A DNA stretch of 64,000 bases from the NCBI RefSeq assembly GCF_006345805.1, contig NC_043018.1:9734001-9798000 (forward strand), read 5' to 3'. Made by a program: the position numbers and the translations under genes. Positions 62,725-64,000 of this stretch are shown piece by piece (position 1 is the first letter of the stretch; every line of letters begins with the position of its first letter). A model generated the notes under the pieces. The model was not told where the DNA came from. It did not search any database and worked only from the letters and a program-made list of their open reading frames with translations. Origin of the DNA: Octopus sinensis. Lineage: Eukaryota.

Positions 62725-63838
62725 ACGGGAAGCTTTATGAAAATAAACAAAAGACGAAGGCAGGTGGAAAACAAACGAACAATTGTATTAGTATTATATA
62801 TCATTTCCCTTGACCTTCTTTGGAGCAAGGTGAGGAGGGGTTTCCACTGCATGGATTGTCTTTTTTCTCTGGCTCAAAGGGATGAACCCAACACTCGTGA
62901 GTGAGTGCCATGTTACTTGACTCATAAGTTATGACTTATTCAAGCAATATAAAAATACATTTGGTTCATATTACTCATGTCATGAGTCAGTGCTGTATTG
63001 TTTGAGTCATGAGCCGGCACTGTATTGTTTGAGTCATGAGCCGGCGCTGTATTGTTTGAGTCATGAGTCGGCGCTGTGTTGTTTGATCCATGAGTCGGCG
63101 CTGTGTTGTTTGATCCATGAGTCGGCACTGTTGTTTGATCCATGAGTCGGCGCTGTGTTGTTTGATCCATGAGTCGGCGTTGTGTTGTTTGATCCATGAG
63201 TCGGCGTTGTGTTGTTTGATCCATGAGTCGGCACTGTGTTGTTTGATCCATGAGTCGGCGCTGTGTTGTTTGAGCCACGGGTCAGCGCTGTGTTGTTTGA
63301 GCCACGGGTTGGCGCTGTGTTGTTTAAGCCACGGGTTGGCGCTGTGTTGCTTGAGCCACGGGTCGGTGCTGTGTTGCTTGAGCCACGGGTCGGTGCTGTG
63401 TTGCTTGAGCCACGGGTTGGCGCTGTGTTTCTTGAGCCACGGGTCGGCGCTGTGTTTCTTGAGCCACGGTTCGGCGCTGTGTTTCTTGAGCCACGGGTCG
63501 GCGCTGTGTTTCTTGAGCCACGGGTCGGCGCTGTGTTTCTTGAGCCACGGGTCGGCGCTGTGTTGCTTGTGTCACGGGTCGGCGCTGTGTTGCTTGTGTC
63601 ACGGGTTGGCGCTGTGTTGCTTGAGCCACGGGTCGGTGCTGTGTTGCTTGAGCCACGGGTCGGTGCTGTGTTGTCTTATGCCTTCAGTCATTGCCAGGCA
63701 ATTCCTCTAAACTCTCCCTTCTGTCTTTCTCTCTCCAGATGATCATGGAACGTCTACAGAAACACCAATCTAATGTCGAAAATGCCCAACAGTCTGTCGT
63801 CCGACTCATCAACCAAGGAGTGGAAGACCAAGCAGAAA
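8159..63838 (+). CDS. MACF1: Spectraplakin (dystonin/MACF1/short stop-like), partial multi-exon gene
   Basis: join(8159-8229,15385-15506,16294-16778,17811-19759,29757-29921,42814-42987,48499-48582,50652-51779,54170-54289[copy at 55104-55223],57639-57965,60269-60478,62379-62498,63739-63838). All junctions are AG/GT and phase-consistent. Plectin-repeat motifs are followed by spectrin repeats. The symbol is family-level only, since invertebrate spectraplakins are co-orthologous to DST and MACF1. Confidence 0.85.
12330..12845. repeat. Old local duplication, ~320-bp period
   Basis: 12330-12530 resembles 12651-12845 (tgtgccactaataga; atcagtttcttttg.tgtttctccgtgaagtatgtatgtat). Confidence 0.8.
13995..14640 (+). 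mobile_element. SINE family D (tRNA-like head, TTCTTGAGCAAGACAC core), tandem pair
   Basis: A box CTCAGTGGTTAGAGC and B box GTTCGATTCC. A second headless copy starts at ~14365. Related copies at 33280-33490(-) and 49783-49915(+). Confidence 0.8.
14665..15030 (+). mobile_element. SINE/LINE-tail family B ((GAT)n tail, GTTAGGAAGGGCATCCAGC motif)
   Basis: Other copies at ~8325-8665(-), 9670-9930(-), 10245-10430(+), 11440-11780(-), 16045-16200(+), 46330-46540(+), 47070-47270(-), 53400-53580(+), 59820-60000(+). Confidence 0.8.
15385..15506 (+). CDS. Spectraplakin exon ([13 protein letters not shown]...SKAYFE)
   Basis: Pyrimidine tract plus gcag acceptor and AA|GTAAGT donor. 122 nt, phase 0 to 2, matching the next exon. 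Confidence 0.8.
15570..15950. repeat. (CAC/CAT)n compound trinucleotide tract
   Basis: Seen directly. Confidence 0.9.
16294..16778 (+). CDS. Spectraplakin exon with first plectin-type repeats
   Basis: ORF 16274-16831 trimmed to ttttgcag and CAG|GTAAGA. Contains [21 protein letters not shown] and [21 protein letters not shown]. Confidence 0.9.
17811..19759 (+). CDS. Large plectin/plakin-repeat-domain exon, ending in the first spectrin repeat
   Basis: 694-aa ORF trimmed to ctttttccag and AAG|GTAAGA. Many DPxTGxxxSIxxAIxxGII motifs, then WLSEVEKLL. Confidence 0.95.
20382..21065. mobile_element. Two family-A SINEs, tail-to-tail
   Basis: Plus copy 20382-20712 is immediately followed by minus copy ~20725-21065. 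Confidence 0.85.
21450..21745. repeat. (CAT/CAC)n compound trinucleotide tract
   Basis: Seen directly. Confidence 0.95.
22576..22790 (+). mobile_element. SINE family C (GGCGGCGAG head, TTCTGAGTTCAAATTCCGCC B-box-like motif)
   Basis: Other copies at ~7845-8030(-), 22935-23110(+), 38970-39185(-), 39655-39915(+), plus a dense minus-strand cluster at 53620-55955 and 58275-58680. Confidence 0.8.
25188..25460. repeat. (TATC/TACC)n microsatellite
   Basis: Seen directly. Confidence 0.95.
26800..27168. repeat. Imperfect (TA)n/(TATAA)n tract
   Basis: Seen directly. Confidence 0.95.
27168..27340 (-). mobile_element. Penelope-like terminal fragment with a variant minimal hammerhead (27250-27285)
   Basis: Reverse complement reads CTTT-CTGTCGA-A-GAGC(gaag)GCTC-GAAA-CG-TA-AAAG, with A6 changed to U. 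Flanked by TA/CA microsatellites. A similar end occurs at ~62725-62795. Confidence 0.55.
27468..27531 (-). ncRNA. Type I hammerhead ribozyme, minus polarity
   Basis: Reverse complement reads TAGAGT-CTGACGA-GCG...CGC-GAAA-CC(aca)GG-TC-ACTCCA. Canonical core with a GUC site. Confidence 0.75.
27569..27632 (+). ncRNA. Type I hammerhead ribozyme, plus polarity
   Basis: TAGAGT-CTGACGA-G(a)CGTCCAC-GGGC(ctaa)GCCC-ttt-GTGGATG-C-GAAA-CC(att)GG-TT-ACTCTA. Perfect 6-bp stem I, GUU site. Confidence 0.8.
27915..28079. mobile_element. GC-rich MITE-like element
   Basis: Imperfect inverted ends caggcgcgcggtcccagg ... ccagggtctgcctctg with G-runs. Similar GC-rich remnants near 959-1030 and 34220-34290. Confidence 0.4.
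29757..29921 (+). CDS. Spectrin-repeat exon ([13 protein letters not shown]...KFRFGA)
   Basis: tttcag acceptor and GCC|GTAAGT donor. 165 nt, phase 0-0. Confidence 0.9.
30985..31885. repeat. Degenerate ~30-bp C/T-rich minisatellite
   Basis: Recurrent CCCTC(C/T)AGCTGTGGTCTATC motif. Confidence 0.8.
32143..32545 (-). mobile_element. SINE family A, full-length CpG-rich copy
   Basis: Reverse complement of the 179-535 family. Confidence 0.85.
35003..35215. mobile_element. piggyBac-like MITE, different family
   Basis: ttaaacccttcgcttg ... cgggcaaagagttaa: degenerate TIRs bounded by TTAA. Confidence 0.45.
36070..37381. mobile_element. Non-autonomous TIR DNA transposon, outer element
   Basis: 30-bp TIRs GGATCTTTTCGGTTTGA(A/C)CGGCAGTTTTTT with one mismatch. 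8-bp TSD GGATATTG at 36062-36069 and 37382-37389. Internal TTAGGG-like tract at ~36170-36200. Confidence 0.9.
36404..37282. mobile_element. Related TIR element nested in the outer element
   Basis: Ends GGATCTTTTC...GAAAAGATCC with longer imperfect TIRs. 8-bp TSD AAGATGTT at 36396-36403 and 37283-37290. Confidence 0.88.
42814..42987 (+). CDS. Spectrin-repeat exon (ASNEAETR...LDQWMD...GMLK)
   Basis: ccatccag acceptor and AAG|GTAAAC donor. 174 nt, phase 0-0, with the helix-A Trp. Confidence 0.9.
44655..45130 (-). mobile_element. Family B element, longest copy, with internal TTTTACGTGCCACC subrepeats
   Basis: Near-identical to 8325-8560 over the first ~200 bp. Confidence 0.8.
46545..47025 (-). 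mobile_element. SINE family A with expanded (TA)n
   Basis: Same family, with a long internal TA tract. Confidence 0.85.
47726..48112 (+). mobile_element. Penelope-like inverted-pLTR relic inserted in (TA)n
   Basis: Arms 47726-47860 and 47941-48060 are inverted copies. A hammerhead motif lies at 47929-47970. Confidence 0.65.
47929..47970 (+). ncRNA. Minimal hammerhead motif with U3-A8 core variant
   Basis: AATTC-TTGAAAA-GTCGC(att)GCGAC-GAAA-ACCAGT-TA-GAATT. The inverted copy shows the palindromic AACCGGTT stem III. Confidence 0.6.
48499..48582 (+). CDS. Spectrin-repeat exon ([13 protein letters not shown]...DDTQ)
   Basis: ttttacag acceptor and CAG|GTAAGA donor. 84 nt. Confidence 0.88.
48772..48992. 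mobile_element. piggyBac-like MITE, diverged copy
   Basis: Aligns along its length with 49287-49507. Ends aatcccttagcatt / aatgctaaaggattaa. Confidence 0.65.
49287..49507. mobile_element. piggyBac-like MITE
   Basis: TTAA|CCCTTTA...TAAAGGG|TTAA. A diverged sister copy lies at ~48772-48992. Confidence 0.75.
50140..50488 (-). mobile_element. Non-autonomous Helitron-like element
   Basis: Minus strand starts A|TCTCTATATATAAA and ends with a GC-rich subterminal segment plus CTAG|T, matching the Helitron TC...CTRR ends in an AT target. Confidence 0.65.
50652..51779 (+). CDS. Spectrin-repeat exon, 376 codons
   Basis: ORF 50658-51908 adjusted to tttgtag and GAG|GTAATT. Amphipathic helices with MKSWL and EEWHQL. 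Confidence 0.93.
52706..53000. mobile_element. hAT (Charlie-like) MITE
   Basis: Ends CAGTGATTTCCAAC / GTTGGGAGACACTG with subterminal GTGGGGC motifs. TSD is degenerate. Confidence 0.55.
54170..54289 (+). CDS. Spectrin-repeat exon, copy 1 ([40 protein letters not shown])
   Basis: gtttcag acceptor and CAG|GTAAGA donor. 120 nt, phase 0-0. Not in the ORF track. Confidence 0.88.
55104..55223 (+). CDS. Spectrin-repeat exon, identical copy 2
   Basis: Same sequence and splice sites as 54170-54289, offset by 934 bp. Could be a real duplication or an assembly artefact. Confidence 0.55.
57639..57965 (+). CDS. Spectrin-repeat exon (VFHDDLNMK...[12 protein letters not shown]...DNLK)
   Basis: atttgcag acceptor and AAG|GTAAGA donor. 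327 nt with a typical spectraplakin [15 protein letters not shown] motif. Confidence 0.93.
58735..59460. mobile_element. Two family-A SINEs, head-to-head
   Basis: Minus copy ~58735-59050 and plus copy ~59082-59460. Confidence 0.85.
60269..60478 (+). CDS. Spectrin-repeat exon ([20 protein letters not shown]...MTQE)
   Basis: tctcttag acceptor and GAG|GTAAGC donor. 210 nt. Confidence 0.92.
62379..62498 (+). CDS. Spectrin-repeat exon ([12 protein letters not shown]...[18 protein letters not shown])
   Basis: Long pyrimidine tract plus tag acceptor and AAA|GTAAGT donor. 120 nt. Not in the ORF track. Confidence 0.88.
62978..63672. repeat. 27-bp minisatellite, ~26 copies
   Basis: Unit CATGAGTCGGCGCTGTGTTGTTTGATC drifts to CACGGGTCGGCGCTGTGTTTCTTGAGC along the array. 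Confidence 0.95.
63739..63838 (+). CDS. Spectrin-repeat exon ([33 protein letters not shown]); gene continues beyond the window
   Basis: ctctccag acceptor and AAA|GTAAGG donor. 100 nt, phase 0 to 1. Confidence 0.85.
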
Positions 63839-64000
63839 GTAAGGACACTTTGGTTGTTGGTTTGAATGTAGGAATTGACTCTCCCTTGCCACATGTGATA
63901 TCAACATGTAGCAGTAACCAGAAATCTCATTAATGTAGAAAGTTCAGAGGAAATAATTATATAATGCTACCACATGAAGCCATTACAATATGGTGTTAAC

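Noticed and set aside
62940-63742. Repetitive ORFs of 110-197 aa, or a CRISPR-like array
   Set aside because: These are translations of a 27-bp tandem unit. There are no unique spacers or cas genes, and the context is a eukaryotic intron.

Overview
AT-rich, microsatellite- and SINE-dense animal genomic DNA. The SINE families look like octopod cephalopod (Octopus) repeats; this is inferred from pattern recognition, not a database hit. One large plus-strand multi-exon gene spans the window: a spectraplakin (dystonin/MACF1/short stop family). I can chain 13 phase-compatible AG/GT exons from 8159 to 63838 (about 1,685 codons, open at the 3' end). They encode plectin/plakin-repeat motifs followed by spectrin repeats. 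One 120-nt exon is present twice within a near-identical 934-bp tandem duplication. The introns hold four SINE families, a decayed RLE-type LINE, Penelope-like relics, nested TIR elements with 8-bp TSDs, piggyBac-, hAT- and Helitron-like non-autonomous elements, and minisatellites. The most notable signal is six hammerhead-ribozyme motifs read by eye. Two of them form a ~190-bp foldback (27456-27644) with an intact hammerhead core in each polarity, a viroid-like ambisense layout, and a decayed sister foldback lies next to it. All folds, alignments and repeat boundaries were done manually, so repeat coordinates are approximate.
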